The notes under the pieces are model-generated. The model made no database searches. It saw only the letters and a program-made list of their open reading frames with translations, and was not told the DNA's origin. 60,418 nt of DNA. It comes from a virus (lineage: Duplodnaviria; Caudoviricetes). The translations under genes were made by a program, and so were the position numbers. Location: positions 1-60,418 of IMG/VR virus record IMGVR_UViG_3300025325_000023. One strand, 5' to 3'. Positions 17,468 to 27,545 of this stretch are shown here, one piece after another. Numbering within the stretch: the first letter of the stretch is position 1; each line of letters opens with the position of its first letter.

Positions 17468-17874
17468 AGATGACTGATGAGATTAGAGCACACACGAAAG
17501 CACTGTTGGTGCCCGAATGTTGCAAGAAAGCTAAGGCTGGGCCGGGGCGTCGAAAGCCGCGAGCTGGAGAGTCTTACGGACTATGGTGCCGGCCCTACGC
17601 CAGCGACGCACTTGGTGTCAATCCCGAGCAGATAGGAGAGGCTCGTGCGGCCCTAAAGGCACACGGGGTCAATGCCGACTTCGATAAAGAGGGTCGGCCA
17701 ATTATAAATTCTAACAAGCACTTTAAGGACATAGCCCGAGCCACCGGCATGTACGACGGAGGGCACGGATATGAAGTAACGGGAAATGACGGATACAAAC
17801 GAACTACTGGCCGGGCCCCGGTGATGGAACGAGAACGCCTGAAGAAGCTAATTTCAGAATGGGACGGGGTGTAA
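17464..17874 (+). CDS. Hypothetical protein
   Basis: ATGA coupling with the portal; SDALGVNPEQI..A motif. Confidence 0.7.
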   Translation: MKMTDEIRAHTKALLVPECCKKAKAGPGRRKPRAGESYGLWCRPYASDALGVNPEQIGEARAALKAHGVNADFDKEGRPIINSNKHFKDIARATGMYDGGHGYEVTGNDGYKRTTGRAPVMERERLKKLISEWDGV

Positions 17875-17902
17875 CATGATATCTCCATACCAACATGCCT
17901 TG

Positions 17903-18037
17903 ATGCTACCAAAGCCTCTATATGCTATGGATGCAGGAACACGAGCGAAGAAACCAAAGAAGCCACCGTATCGTACGGAGGCAAAACTGTACCTGATGGA
18001 TAAAAAGACAAAGAAGCCCTGCAAAGGGCCTTGCTAA
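17903..18037 (+). CDS. 44-aa Lys/Pro-rich peptide
   Basis: MLPKPLYAMDAGTRAKKPKKPP...KKPCKGPC. Confidence 0.35.
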   Translation: MLPKPLYAMDAGTRAKKPKKPPYRTEAKLYLMDKKTKKPCKGPC

Positions 18038-18076
18038 GAGAGGTGACGTATTAAAGGTTTACCAGATACCGTTGCT

Positions 18077-18397
18077 ATGCAATCTTTGGCGGTTAACACA
18101 GCGGCTTCGGGGGCGGCTAGTACAATAACGTTGCCCACCCCGGCAGCGGGTGAGCAAAATGTAATTGATTGGGTGGCTTGCAGTTACGCGGCAGCACCGT
18201 CAGCGGGGATTCTAACCATAACTAACTGTGCAAATTCTACGGGGTCGGCAGTAACCTTTTCTGTTGACATTACGGCTGCTGGTGCCGCAATCATACATTT
18301 TGGTGATCGGGGTCTTCGTGGCATCTTGGCTACTGCGATGGTAATTAACTTAACAGATGGTGGACAGGCAAAAGATTTGAACGTGCAGTACAGGTAA
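18077..18397 (+). CDS. Small beta-rich virion protein
   Basis: A/T/G-rich composition within the structural block. Confidence 0.65.
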   Translation: MQSLAVNTAASGAASTITLPTPAAGEQNVIDWVACSYAAAPSAGILTITNCANSTGSAVTFSVDITAAGAAIIHFGDRGLRGILATAMVINLTDGGQAKDLNVQYR

Positions 18398-18398
18398 T

Positions 18399-19169
18399 AT
18401 GAGTGTTCCACATTTCTACCTTCCGGCGGTCTCTGGGGTTAGTGGTCTATATCGTGGAGGATACTCTAACGATCGTGCGATTGAGTTCAATGGAACTACA
18501 CAATGGCTATCAGCAACAAACGTCTCAATTGGCGTGGGGGCACCGGCGTCTGGTACGCTTGCTTTTTGGGTGGACTTAACGGACATAGTAGCTGACCCAA
18601 ATCAAGTTATGTTTTCTCTAAATGAGGGGGCCACTGGAACATTTACTGTTTATTTTTCCTCGGTCAATAACCGCACATATATTTCTGGAGAAATCGGAGT
18701 AACTTCTTTTTTGTTGTACAACGCCGCAGTTGATTTATCGGCTAGTGGCTTTCACCATGTTGCAATTACGTCTAGTGGGTCTGCTTGGACGTTATATGTT
18801 GACGGCACTGCTCGTACGTTAACGGTAGAGGATGGGTTGAACTCTGGGGTGTGGTTTGATGATGTGAATCCAAATGGTGATAGTGAATTGACTATCGGAG
18901 CAAGCGCGGGCGGGGCAGATTTATTTGTTGATGGAATAATTGATGAAATGGGAATTTGGAATTCCGCTTTAACTCAAGCCAACATTAACTCACTGTACAA
19001 CGCTGGGGCCGGGGTTGTATATGGGGTAGCTCGCGATATTGGTACACTTTTGCACTATTGGAGTTTTTCGACCAATCATGGAAGTATGCTTACAGACAAA
19101 GTCGGTGGTGTCACATTAACGAATAATGCGACGGCTACAGATGCTGCCGGAGTTACTACAGGCCCATAG
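18399..19169 (+). CDS. LamG/concanavalin-A-like domain virion protein
   Basis: TLAFW, FHHVAIT...LYVDG, LTIGA, FVDGIIDEMGIWNSALT..INSLY. Confidence 0.85.
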   Translation: MSVPHFYLPAVSGVSGLYRGGYSNDRAIEFNGTTQWLSATNVSIGVGAPASGTLAFWVDLTDIVADPNQVMFSLNEGATGTFTVYFSSVNNRTYISGEIGVTSFLLYNAAVDLSASGFHHVAITSSGSAWTLYVDGTARTLTVEDGLNSGVWFDDVNPNGDSELTIGASAGGADLFVDGIIDEMGIWNSALTQANINSLYNAGAGVVYGVARDIGTLLHYWSFSTNHGSMLTDKVGGVTLTNNATATDAAGVTTGP

Positions 19170-19176
19170 GTAATGT

Positions 19177-20019
19177 ATGACATATCCAATCTCCAATCGT
19201 CGCACTAGTTTCGTTATCGACTATCATGCCATACGTCGCCAAGTTGGTGCGTATTTGGAGATAGGTTACTCGCATGAAGAGTGGGATGATGAACAGAATG
19301 AAACGGTTGACGACATTATACGTGATGGACTTCACCTCTACTACAATCCGCCCGTTTTGGAAGAACCCTATGCAATAGGCATGACCGAATCACATCAATG
19401 GTCCTTTTTACGACCAACATGGACTTTTAAAACTCAGGCCAACCAACGACGATACCCGTTACCGGGGGATTTTGAAAGTCCCATTGGTGACATTACCTAT
19501 CCGGATTCGTCCAGCTCTGCCTATGCTCCAATACCCTTCACCTCGGCCGCGAGATTGAGGGCATTAGAATATCAGAATGAGGCCACGACAAATCCTGAAT
19601 TAGCTGCTATAGACCCGCGAGAGTCTCAAGGAACTGGGCAACAGGAACTTGATTTGATATTGCACCCAACGCCAGATGCAGTGTACACCTTGTCTCTTCA
19701 GTATCAATCAGCCGGCCGGGCCATAGATTCGACGTCGGTATTTCCATTAGGAGGCGTGCTGCACGGGCCCGCGATCATGCAAGCCTGCCTAGCGATAGCA
19801 GAGTTTAGGAAGACGGGGGACGAAGGCCCGATGTTCAAACAATTTATGAGAATGCTCGCTGCAAATGTGATTAGAGATAGACAGAGGGGGGCCAGACTGA
19901 TTGGGTATAATGGGGATAATATGCTAGGCAATCCTATCTCTAGGGGGCAGATGCGCCGACTAGGGGGGTTGTTCTACGATACTGTCCTTTATGGAAACAC
20001 GGCTTATACGTCGGAGTAG
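19177..20019 (+). CDS. Head-tail adaptor / tail tubular protein A-like, paralog 1
   Basis: HQWSFL...YPLPGDF...ILHPTPDAVYTLSLQY; similar to 33265-33981. Confidence 0.7.
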   Translation: MTYPISNRRTSFVIDYHAIRRQVGAYLEIGYSHEEWDDEQNETVDDIIRDGLHLYYNPPVLEEPYAIGMTESHQWSFLRPTWTFKTQANQRRYPLPGDFESPIGDITYPDSSSSAYAPIPFTSAARLRALEYQNEATTNPELAAIDPRESQGTGQQELDLILHPTPDAVYTLSLQYQSAGRAIDSTSVFPLGGVLHGPAIMQACLAIAEFRKTGDEGPMFKQFMRMLAANVIRDRQRGARLIGYNGDNMLGNPISRGQMRRLGGLFYDTVLYGNTAYTSE

Positions 20020-20024
20020 TAGGT

Positions 20025-21620
20025 ATGGCTCGTGCAACCAAGTCCACATTGCTCTCATTCCCAATTCGTGGAGTCGATTTGGTTGCCCCACGGAGCGAGC
20101 AACAGGAGGGTACATGCGTTAACGCGAGAAATGTGCGAGTATTTGACTCTTTGGAGGGACGGGCGCGTGGGGGGATTCGGCCTGGATTGGTAAAATACAA
20201 TTCGGCATTGATAAATGGAGCTAATAGAATCCAGGCCCTGGCCGTAGCCACAACCGTAGTGAATAGTGCCCCAAGCACCACTGGTGTCGGACAACGACGT
20301 ATTCGTACTGCCGCCATAGCGGCTGGCTCTATCCGGATGTTCGATTCTGGTAGCACTGTAAATGCAGCCACCGCTAGTGGGTCTCGTACTTTGAGTTCCA
20401 CGGCTCCAGTCATATTCGGTGCCGAACTATTTGGCCGTTTATATTTCACGGACGGAATTTCTTACAAGGTGTGGGTCTCCAGTAACAACACGGCGACAGA
20501 TTGGACTCCTGCGGCGGGAAGTTTGCCTGGTACCGATGGGACAATTGTAGCGCGTTTAATTACGATGTGGAGGTCACGAATTGTGTTAGCCGGCCTCCCA
20601 TCCGACCCCCACAATTATTTTATGTCAAAAATCGGAGACCCCCTCGATTTTGACTATTCCCCCACGACCGTGACAGCTGACCAGGCGGTCGCTGGAGATG
20701 TCGGCGTGCTCGGCAAGATGGGGGATGTTATAACTTCGCTAATTTCGTACAACGATGATATTTTGCTCTTTGGTTGCGATCACTCCATCTATGCTATGTC
20801 CGGCGATCCTCAGTCCGGTGGCGGTTACGATTTGCTCTCCGACACCATAGGATTTCCATTTGGCGCCCCCTGGTGTATGGACTCTACAGGTCGTGTGTAT
20901 TTCTTTTCCTCCAAAGGTCAAGTTTATCGTTTGGACGGCCCGCAGTCAGCGCCTGTCCCAATCTCTAACGAATCAATCGCCCCAGACTTGGATGCGATTA
21001 ATCTAAATACGAATTTAATCCGCATGACATGGGATGAGAAACAACAGGGTGTAAATCTATTCGTAACTCCATACACGGCCGGCGCTACAACGCATTGGTT
21101 TTATGACGCACGTACCCAAGGGTGGTTTCGAGATATCTTTGGGAATACCAGCCATAATCCTATGACTGTGCTTACCCTAGACGCTGACGATCCCGCCGAT
21201 CGTGTGATTTTGATAGGCTCTGAAGATGGGTACGTTCGACAAATAGACGATACTGTCTCAACGGACGATGGAGGTGCTATTAGCAGTTTTGTTGTCATGG
21301 GCCCAATTCACAATAATGGCAGTCCCATTGTTATTACGGAGTTGCAGGGATTTTTGGACCCGGATTCGTCGTCCATGCTTTACGAGATTTCCATAGGGAA
21401 TACCCCCCAAGGAGCTATCGACAACATAGCCGGAACATTCACGGGCGATGGAACGATGGGCGCAGGCTTGGGGGTAACTCACAACCCCCGCCAACGTGCG
21501 AATTGGGCATTTGTCAAAGTCGGCCATACCTCTTCCTCTACCGCTTGGGCATTCGAAAAAGTGCGAGTCGCATACACCACAGTTGACTCCAGTCGTGGGA
21601 GAAAGCATTCTGAAGTTTAA
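20025..21620 (+). CDS. Tail nozzle / tubular protein B-like (P22 gp10-like beta-propeller)
   Basis: FP..G.D...NARNVR..RPG, RLYFTDG, WRSRIVLAG...YFMSKIGDP.DF pattern. Confidence 0.7.
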   Translation: MARATKSTLLSFPIRGVDLVAPRSEQQEGTCVNARNVRVFDSLEGRARGGIRPGLVKYNSALINGANRIQALAVATTVVNSAPSTTGVGQRRIRTAAIAAGSIRMFDSGSTVNAATASGSRTLSSTAPVIFGAELFGRLYFTDGISYKVWVSSNNTATDWTPAAGSLPGTDGTIVARLITMWRSRIVLAGLPSDPHNYFMSKIGDPLDFDYSPTTVTADQAVAGDVGVLGKMGDVITSLISYNDDILLFGCDHSIYAMSGDPQSGGGYDLLSDTIGFPFGAPWCMDSTGRVYFFSSKGQVYRLDGPQSAPVPISNESIAPDLDAINLNTNLIRMTWDEKQQGVNLFVTPYTAGATTHWFYDARTQGWFRDIFGNTSHNPMTVLTLDADDPADRVILIGSEDGYVRQIDDTVSTDDGGAISSFVVMGPIHNNGSPIVITELQGFLDPDSSSMLYEISIGNTPQGAIDNIAGTFTGDGTMGAGLGVTHNPRQRANWAFVKVGHTSSSTAWAFEKVRVAYTTVDSSRGRKHSEV

Positions 21621-24400
21621 TGGCCTTCCGCGAAGAATCCATCCCACGAACGACATATCGCTATGGACAAACCCGGTCTGTTCGAGGCAAGAGAGCAAAC
21701 CAGGCATTTCACCCCACGGCCAGCGGTGACCAAAGTTGGAATATAACTCTCGGTGTCACGGATTCTGCTATCCGGATTCTTGTAGCCCCGGACCCTACTA
21801 CTAATGTAGATCGAGATGTCTTCGCATTTCGTCTATTGTCTACTGAGATGGTCCCTGGTGCCGAAGATCGTGCGGTTTATGGTACTGGTAGTAGCACAGA
21901 CTATTTGAGCGCTACCGTTGGTGCTGGGTTTCGTCCGTCTGATGCAAGTGGCTCAATCTCTGCATGGATCAATCCCTCTGATACAGGTGTGAATGTCATT
22001 TTAGCCACATTTACTGTATCTACAAATCGCATGACACTCTACTTAAATAATGTGTCCGGCAATCTTAACGTACATATAGAAAGCAGGCTCGCAGCAGGAA
22101 CAACCAACTTAATTCGAGGTAACACAGACATAACTCGCAATGCCTGGCATCATGTGGTTGTAACCTCTAGTGGAACTGCGTGGGTTATGTATGTGGATGG
22201 AGTAATACAGTCTTTAACTACTACTTCGGGTTCTAATACAGGGGATTGGTTAGGGGATGTTGATGGCACGACCCTATACTTGGGTCAGAATGCAGCTGGG
22301 ACCGCCTTCTTAGACGCGGCTTTGGACGAAGTTTGCGTTTTTACCACTACTCTTACGCAAGCACAAGTAACTACGTTGTACGCCCTGGGTAAGGGATTGT
22401 TATTCAATGACGTATTTCAATCCCTTCCTGGACTCGTTCATTACTGGAGTCTCTCCTTAAATCACACCGCAGTTGGGTTCGACCGGGTTGGGGGGATTAC
22501 CTTAACAGATGCCGGATTGGATGACAACATTGGAGGGATTCCTAGGGCAACTATCGGCTATGACAGAGCCGTAGAATTTTTTGGAGGCACTACGTCATCG
22601 TTGAGAGCCACCTCGACTAATTTACGGCCAGCGGATACCTCGGGATCGATTTCGGTTTGGTTAAACAAAGCCGGTGGCACCGAGCCAATTTTTTCTAAAA
22701 GTACCGGCACGGCCGCCAATCGTTTTGAGGTGGGAACAGACAGCAGTAATAGGGCAACAGTCAGGCATACTATAGCCTCCGGAACGACAAATGAGATTAG
22801 AGGAAACACATCAATAGGCACGGACACCTGGGGGCATATTGTAGTAGTTAGTAATGGCACTGCGTGGGCAATATATGTTAATGGGGTCGCCCAGACACTT
22901 ACTACTGTGACCGGCAGTAATACCGGCGATTGGTTCGGGGATTTTGTTGGAACGCAGTTTGAGATTGGTCGCGCGGTAGGGGTAGCGACAGAACTGGATG
23001 GCATTGTGGATGAGTTGGGAGTTTGGTCTACGCAATTGACCGCCGGTAACGTGACCAGCCTATACAGCTCCGGTAGTGGAGTTCTCTACGACACAGCTCG
23101 AACTATACCCGGTCTGGTTCATTATTGGAGTTTCTCAATTCAACATGGGGGCTTAGGCGCCGACCGCCTTGGAGGTGTCGCTCTAACGATAGACAATAAA
23201 CTTTATGACGAGGTCGGCATTACTGTCGGTGCCACCCTAGAGCCATATATAAACCAACTCACTCTAGGAATACGAAATAATGAAGGGTTCGTCGAACTCA
23301 AGGATGATGATGGGAACATCACCTGGCGCATGGACGACACCGGGATGTTGTTTGAAGAGGGTGGAACCATAGTTGAGGCCACGGATGGGGAAATTGTAAT
23401 TACTACTGCCGGCTCCGATCCAGATTTCCGACTTCAATCACTAGCCGTGGCTAATGCCATGTTGTTTGATTCATCGGTACCAGAGTTTTTGTTTTTCGGC
23501 GAACTAAGTATAGATAACACCAGTGGCGGACGAATCATGTTCGCTAGCAATAGTTACGTTGTAGAGGAGTCTGACGGTGCCTTGTCCGTTCGTGCCGTCG
23601 GCACAGACCCAGACATAATCTTGGAGTCAAATACGGTCACGGGCGCCCTGCTATTCGATCAAAGCGTGCCCGAATGGTTATTCTTCGGGGAACTGGGCAT
23701 CGACAATACTTCCGGAGGTAGAATTACTTTTGCCTCCAATAGCTCAATAACTGAGCAATCTGACGGAGAATTGACGATAGGCGCCGTGGGAACAGACCCA
23801 GATATTTTACTAACGGCGAATGCCGGTTCTGTAGTAAATACAATTTTTGTAGACCAATCTGCCGCAACTTGCATGTTCTTTAACACTAAAGTTCGCGTGG
23901 ATACTACGGGTGCGGCGGACGGAGGGGGTTTTACATTTGAACCAGGAAGTGTATTCCGTGTGACCGCCACAACAGGGCTTACATCGTTCCGAGCCGTCGG
24001 CACAAACCCCGACTTGCAACTAGGAAGCACCACATACGTCAACGCCATTTACTGGGATTTTTCCTTAACTAATTTGGCCCTCCTTGCTGGAACCGACACT
24101 GCACAAACTATGACCATCGGGGCGGCTGCGGTAACCACAGCCAATCGGGCTAGAGTGGACATTTATCAGAGAGGCGCTACGGACTCCTTGCCCGTGTTGT
24201 GGTTAAACCAACAAGATACCTCGGAGCCATTCATCGCCTTCGAAGGGTCATCTACCCTTTCTAATACAACTGAATCTATTGTGGTGGTCAACGCTGTCAC
24301 TACGGCTACGATAGTGGGATACGTTAAAGTTTATGTAGAAGACGATGGAAATAATTTAACAGACGCTGCCTACTACCAAGCTCTCTATTCTCTTGCATAA
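21620..24400 (+). CDS. Tail fibre / receptor-binding protein with two LamG domains and C-terminal repeats
   Basis: Two SISAW/WHHVVV..YVDG/DE units; repeated GG.I.FASNS..E.SDG.L..AVGTDPD.L. Confidence 0.75.
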   Translation: MAFREESIPRTTYRYGQTRSVRGKRANQAFHPTASGDQSWNITLGVTDSAIRILVAPDPTTNVDRDVFAFRLLSTEMVPGAEDRAVYGTGSSTDYLSATVGAGFRPSDASGSISAWINPSDTGVNVILATFTVSTNRMTLYLNNVSGNLNVHIESRLAAGTTNLIRGNTDITRNAWHHVVVTSSGTAWVMYVDGVIQSLTTTSGSNTGDWLGDVDGTTLYLGQNAAGTAFLDAALDEVCVFTTTLTQAQVTTLYALGKGLLFNDVFQSLPGLVHYWSLSLNHTAVGFDRVGGITLTDAGLDDNIGGIPRATIGYDRAVEFFGGTTSSLRATSTNLRPADTSGSISVWLNKAGGTEPIFSKSTGTAANRFEVGTDSSNRATVRHTIASGTTNEIRGNTSIGTDTWGHIVVVSNGTAWAIYVNGVAQTLTTVTGSNTGDWFGDFVGTQFEIGRAVGVATELDGIVDELGVWSTQLTAGNVTSLYSSGSGVLYDTARTIPGLVHYWSFSIQHGGLGADRLGGVALTIDNKLYDEVGITVGATLEPYINQLTLGIRNNEGFVELKDDDGNITWRMDDTGMLFEEGGTIVEATDGEIVITTAGSDPDFRLQSLAVANAMLFDSSVPEFLFFGELSIDNTSGGRIMFASNSYVVEESDGALSVRAVGTDPDIILESNTVTGALLFDQSVPEWLFFGELGIDNTSGGRITFASNSSITEQSDGELTIGAVGTDPDILLTANAGSVVNTIFVDQSAATCMFFNTKVRVDTTGAADGGGFTFEPGSVFRVTATTGLTSFRAVGTNPDLQLGSTTYVNAIYWDFSLTNLALLAGTDTAQTMTIGAAAVTTANRARVDIYQRGATDSLPVLWLNQQDTSEPFIAFEGSSTLSNTTESIVVVNAVTTATIVGYVKVYVEDDGNNLTDAAYYQALYSLA

Positions 24401-24409
24401 TGGTGATAT

Positions 24410-24715
24410 ATGACTGTCGAAGCTACTTGGGCCACCCTAAAGGGCGCCATGAGGGGCAATAATCCTACATTAGTATTGCGAGTGGCCGCTCAACTTGCCG
24501 ATGAGATGCGAGCCAGCGGCCAAAAGCCTGCTGAGATGAGAGATCGTACTTTGGCTGAATGGACAACAGATAACCCTACAGCCATTCTACCGGTCGCCGC
24601 GAAAATTGTTCGATCTCTTGATCCAGAGCTTCGCCACCTGTCTGACTATCTTCTAATGTCTGTGGACGAAGGAGAGGGCCTTAGCCTCCTTGTACCTAAG
24701 TCAATTGGGTCCTAA
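24410..24715 (+). CDS. Hypothetical protein, possible fibre chaperone
   Basis: Follows the fibre gene; has an internal duplication (NPTLVL.VAA / NPTAIL.VAA). Confidence 0.6.
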   Translation: MTVEATWATLKGAMRGNNPTLVLRVAAQLADEMRASGQKPAEMRDRTLAEWTTDNPTAILPVAAKIVRSLDPELRHLSDYLLMSVDEGEGLSLLVPKSIGS

Positions 24716-24716
24716 T

Positions 24717-24745
24717 TTGCAAGTTACCCTCGTTTTAACCATAAT
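24717..24745 (+). promoter_or_regulatory. Putative sigma70-type promoter for the scaffold-capsid operon
   Basis: TTGCAA-N17-CATAAT. Confidence 0.55.
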
Positions 24746-24770
24746 TCTTTAGGGGGAAGGTATATCATTT

Positions 24771-25859
24771 ATGGCAAAAAAGTCTAGCGGTTTTGTTATT
24801 CCCGATCGTGTGCCTTTGGAGGACGTCATGGCTACAGGCCCAGAAGGTGCAGTATCTTTGGACCAAGCCGTGGGATTGTCACAACCGGGGGCGTTAGACA
24901 GTGAGTGGGCCGAGGACCCCCAATCGGAGGCCGTGGATGCTATGCAGTTAGCCCCTAGTCCCGAACCGGTCATAAACCCCGCCGCAGAATCCCCGGCCTA
25001 TGAGGCGCCAGAGGAGCCGACAGAGGCGATCGCCACCGAAGAGATCACAGCTCTACCTGCCACGGACGAGGAAATCTTTGACCCGGTGCTCTTGGAAGCC
25101 GCTGGCCTAACTGCCGAGGAGGCCCAAGCTCAGTTCAAGTCTCCGGCAGCCCTAGCGAACGCCGTTAGACTGTTGGATACACGATATATCCAAGCTGGGG
25201 AAGATTTTGCCCGGCAACCTCAACCTAGCGTGAGCGACGCAAGTGGGTCGGGCCAGGTTGACAACGAGTATCAGCTGCCAAAGCCAGTAGAGTCCGAGGA
25301 CTGGACAGAAGACGTTAAGGCCCTCATCCAGTCACTGCAAGACCATCAGAAACAACAACTTGGTCGCCGAGACACAGAGCTACAGAAGCAGCGAGAACAA
25401 TTAGAGGCGTTGCTTGCCCAGCAATCAGAACGGGAACGGCTCTCCTACGTTGAGAGGCTTGATTCTTTTGTGAACAGCCTTGGCGACGAGTGGGCGCCAA
25501 TCCTCGGTAAGGGCAGTGGGTTTCAACTTCCCGCTAATAGCTTGGCCCTGCAAAACAGAATACACCTAGATGTGATTGCTGGAAAACTAGCCAGCGGTCG
25601 CAATAAGTACGGACAACCGGATCTTCGGCCGCATGATCTGTACGTACGGGCACTTCACGCGGCTTTCCCGGACCAAGTAGTCCGAACCGTTCGACAAGAT
25701 GTCACGCGACAATTAGAGTCGCGCCAACGGCAATTCACTGCCAAGCCAACGCAAAAGCAGGGCCGACAACTTTCTGGAGTCGACCAAGCTATCTCACACG
25801 CGGAGGACTGGTATCGTAGCAAAGGTCCCATTTTGGATGACGGAAACGATGAGATTTAG
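24771..25859 (+). CDS. Capsid scaffolding protein (putative)
   Basis: Acidic disordered N-terminus and Q-rich coiled coil; lies immediately upstream of the MCP. Confidence 0.7.
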   Translation: MAKKSSGFVIPDRVPLEDVMATGPEGAVSLDQAVGLSQPGALDSEWAEDPQSEAVDAMQLAPSPEPVINPAAESPAYEAPEEPTEAIATEEITALPATDEEIFDPVLLEAAGLTAEEAQAQFKSPAALANAVRLLDTRYIQAGEDFARQPQPSVSDASGSGQVDNEYQLPKPVESEDWTEDVKALIQSLQDHQKQQLGRRDTELQKQREQLEALLAQQSERERLSYVERLDSFVNSLGDEWAPILGKGSGFQLPANSLALQNRIHLDVIAGKLASGRNKYGQPDLRPHDLYVRALHAAFPDQVVRTVRQDVTRQLESRQRQFTAKPTQKQGRQLSGVDQAISHAEDWYRSKGPILDDGNDEI

Positions 25860-25884
25860 TTTCCACACACTGGAGTAATCAGAA

Positions 25885-26928
25885 ATGCCTATTCTTTCAG
25901 TCTCCGATTTGGGTGACTTGACGGCCGTAACCCTACGTGATTTGGGTCCCCTCAAGTTTAATCAAATCGCCCAAAGCCTTCAATATTACGAGGTGTTCTC
26001 GAAGTGGTTCAAGAAGGACAAAGTTCAATTTGAGAGCGGCCAAGGCATTCAACGGAACCTTATGCTCTCCTTTGATATCACGGCGGCCAGGCACGTTGGC
26101 TTAGGAGAGACGGATCAGGTCAATATTCCTGACGTGATCTCGTTGCTCCAAGTGCCGTGGCGTCACGCACAGACCAGTTGGGGCTTGTTCTATCAAACGG
26201 ACATTTTGATGAATCGCGGCAAGGCTCTGATTCTCAATGTCTTGAAGCCTCGCCGGGCGTCGGCTTTGCTGGCTTTAGTTGAAGAGCTAGAGAACAAGGC
26301 ATGGGCGACCGCTCCAAGCACTACAAATGAAGTCGACCCGTACAGCATTCAATACTACATTGTAGAGAACGCCACGACGGGATTCAACGGAGGTGCGCCT
26401 GGAAGCCATACTTTGGTGGCCAACATCAATCCGACTACCAACGCCAACTTTAAAAACTACACGGCTGTGTATACGAATAAGACAAAGGCCGACCTCGTGT
26501 CCAAGTTGCGCACGGCCCACCGTAGCTGCCGATTCAAGAGCCCGGTGACTGTGCAAGACTACCGAGCTGGGCTTGGAGACAAGTACCGGTTGTACTGCAA
26601 CGAAACGACCATTACCGCTTTCGAAGACCTTGGCGAAGCCCAGAACGAAAATCTCGGCCGCGACATCGCTTCTCTCGATGGCATGGTTATGTTCCGCCGT
26701 CATCCAATTATCTGGGTTCCCAAATTAGACGCGCGCACGGACGATCCGGTCTACATGATCGACCATAGCACGTTCTATCCGGCGTGTCTCAAGGGTGACT
26801 ATCTTCGTGAAAGCACGGCGGACAAGGCTCCGAACCAACATAACATGTTCGAAGTCTTCGTCGACCTCACGTATAACTATGTGTGCGACGATCGTCGTCG
26901 AAATGCTGTGTTGAGCACGAGTGTGTAA
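25885..26928 (+). CDS. Major capsid protein (HK97 fold)
   Basis: 347 aa after the scaffold, GGAG RBS; E-loop-like SGQGIQRNL...QVPWRH, long helix ending VEELENKAW, MFRRHPIIWVP, C-terminal RRRNAVL. Confidence 0.85.
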   Translation: MPILSVSDLGDLTAVTLRDLGPLKFNQIAQSLQYYEVFSKWFKKDKVQFESGQGIQRNLMLSFDITAARHVGLGETDQVNIPDVISLLQVPWRHAQTSWGLFYQTDILMNRGKALILNVLKPRRASALLALVEELENKAWATAPSTTNEVDPYSIQYYIVENATTGFNGGAPGSHTLVANINPTTNANFKNYTAVYTNKTKADLVSKLRTAHRSCRFKSPVTVQDYRAGLGDKYRLYCNETTITAFEDLGEAQNENLGRDIASLDGMVMFRRHPIIWVPKLDARTDDPVYMIDHSTFYPACLKGDYLRESTADKAPNQHNMFEVFVDLTYNYVCDDRRRNAVLSTSV

Positions 26929-26936
26929 AGTAGCCC

Positions 26937-27113
26937 ATGCCAGCTGACGTGAAGTCTAAAGCGCAGGCCGGTTTTTATGGAGCCATAATCTCCGGCCGGG
27001 CTCGCAAGGGCGGGCCCTCCAAAGAACAAGCCAGGAAGGCCCTCCGTGGTAGCAATGTAAAAAGCTTACCACGAAAAGCACATGATGTTAAGGAAGAAGT
27101 ACGCAAAAAGTGA
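26937..27113 (+). CDS. 58-aa basic protein, DUF3008-like
   Basis: MPADVKSKAQ...KSLPRK pattern. Confidence 0.5.
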   Translation: MPADVKSKAQAGFYGAIISGRARKGGPSKEQARKALRGSNVKSLPRKAHDVKEEVRKK

Positions 27114-27151
27114 AAAGGTCATTAACGGGCGGTCGCCCAGGGGCATGAGAT

Positions 27152-27424
27152 ATGGCTTGGTCTAAAGAGGGTAAAAAGAAACTCCGGGATGAAGGAGTAA
27201 CAGATACGTGGGCGCCAGATTTCCTTGATCGCCTTAGAGACAAGGGATTTGGGTCTAGCCCAACACCACCACCCCGGCCGCCAACTAGGAGGCCGCCCAG
27301 CAGTGTGCAATATGACTCCCAAGGGAGAATGGTACGCCCTCCCGTTTCAAACCAATCATCGAGCCGGGCCAAGGCTTTTGACAAGGCCACGGCGGCTAAA
27401 CGAAAAGCCAATAAGCCTTACTAA
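27152..27424 (+). CDS. Basic Pro/Arg-rich hypothetical protein
   Basis: Open frame on the coding strand. Confidence 0.5.
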   Translation: MAWSKEGKKKLRDEGVTDTWAPDFLDRLRDKGFGSSPTPPPRPPTRRPPSSVQYDSQGRMVRPPVSNQSSSRAKAFDKATAAKRKANKPY

Positions 27425-27545
27425 TGCAAGTAAACTTCCCCAACGTAGGGGAGGAATGAGAGTGACCCAACGACCTAATGAAGTCGTGAACAAGTAAGCT
27501 AAGGGGGCTTAGCGCTATTCCCGCTAAACGGGGGAGAAAAGAACA

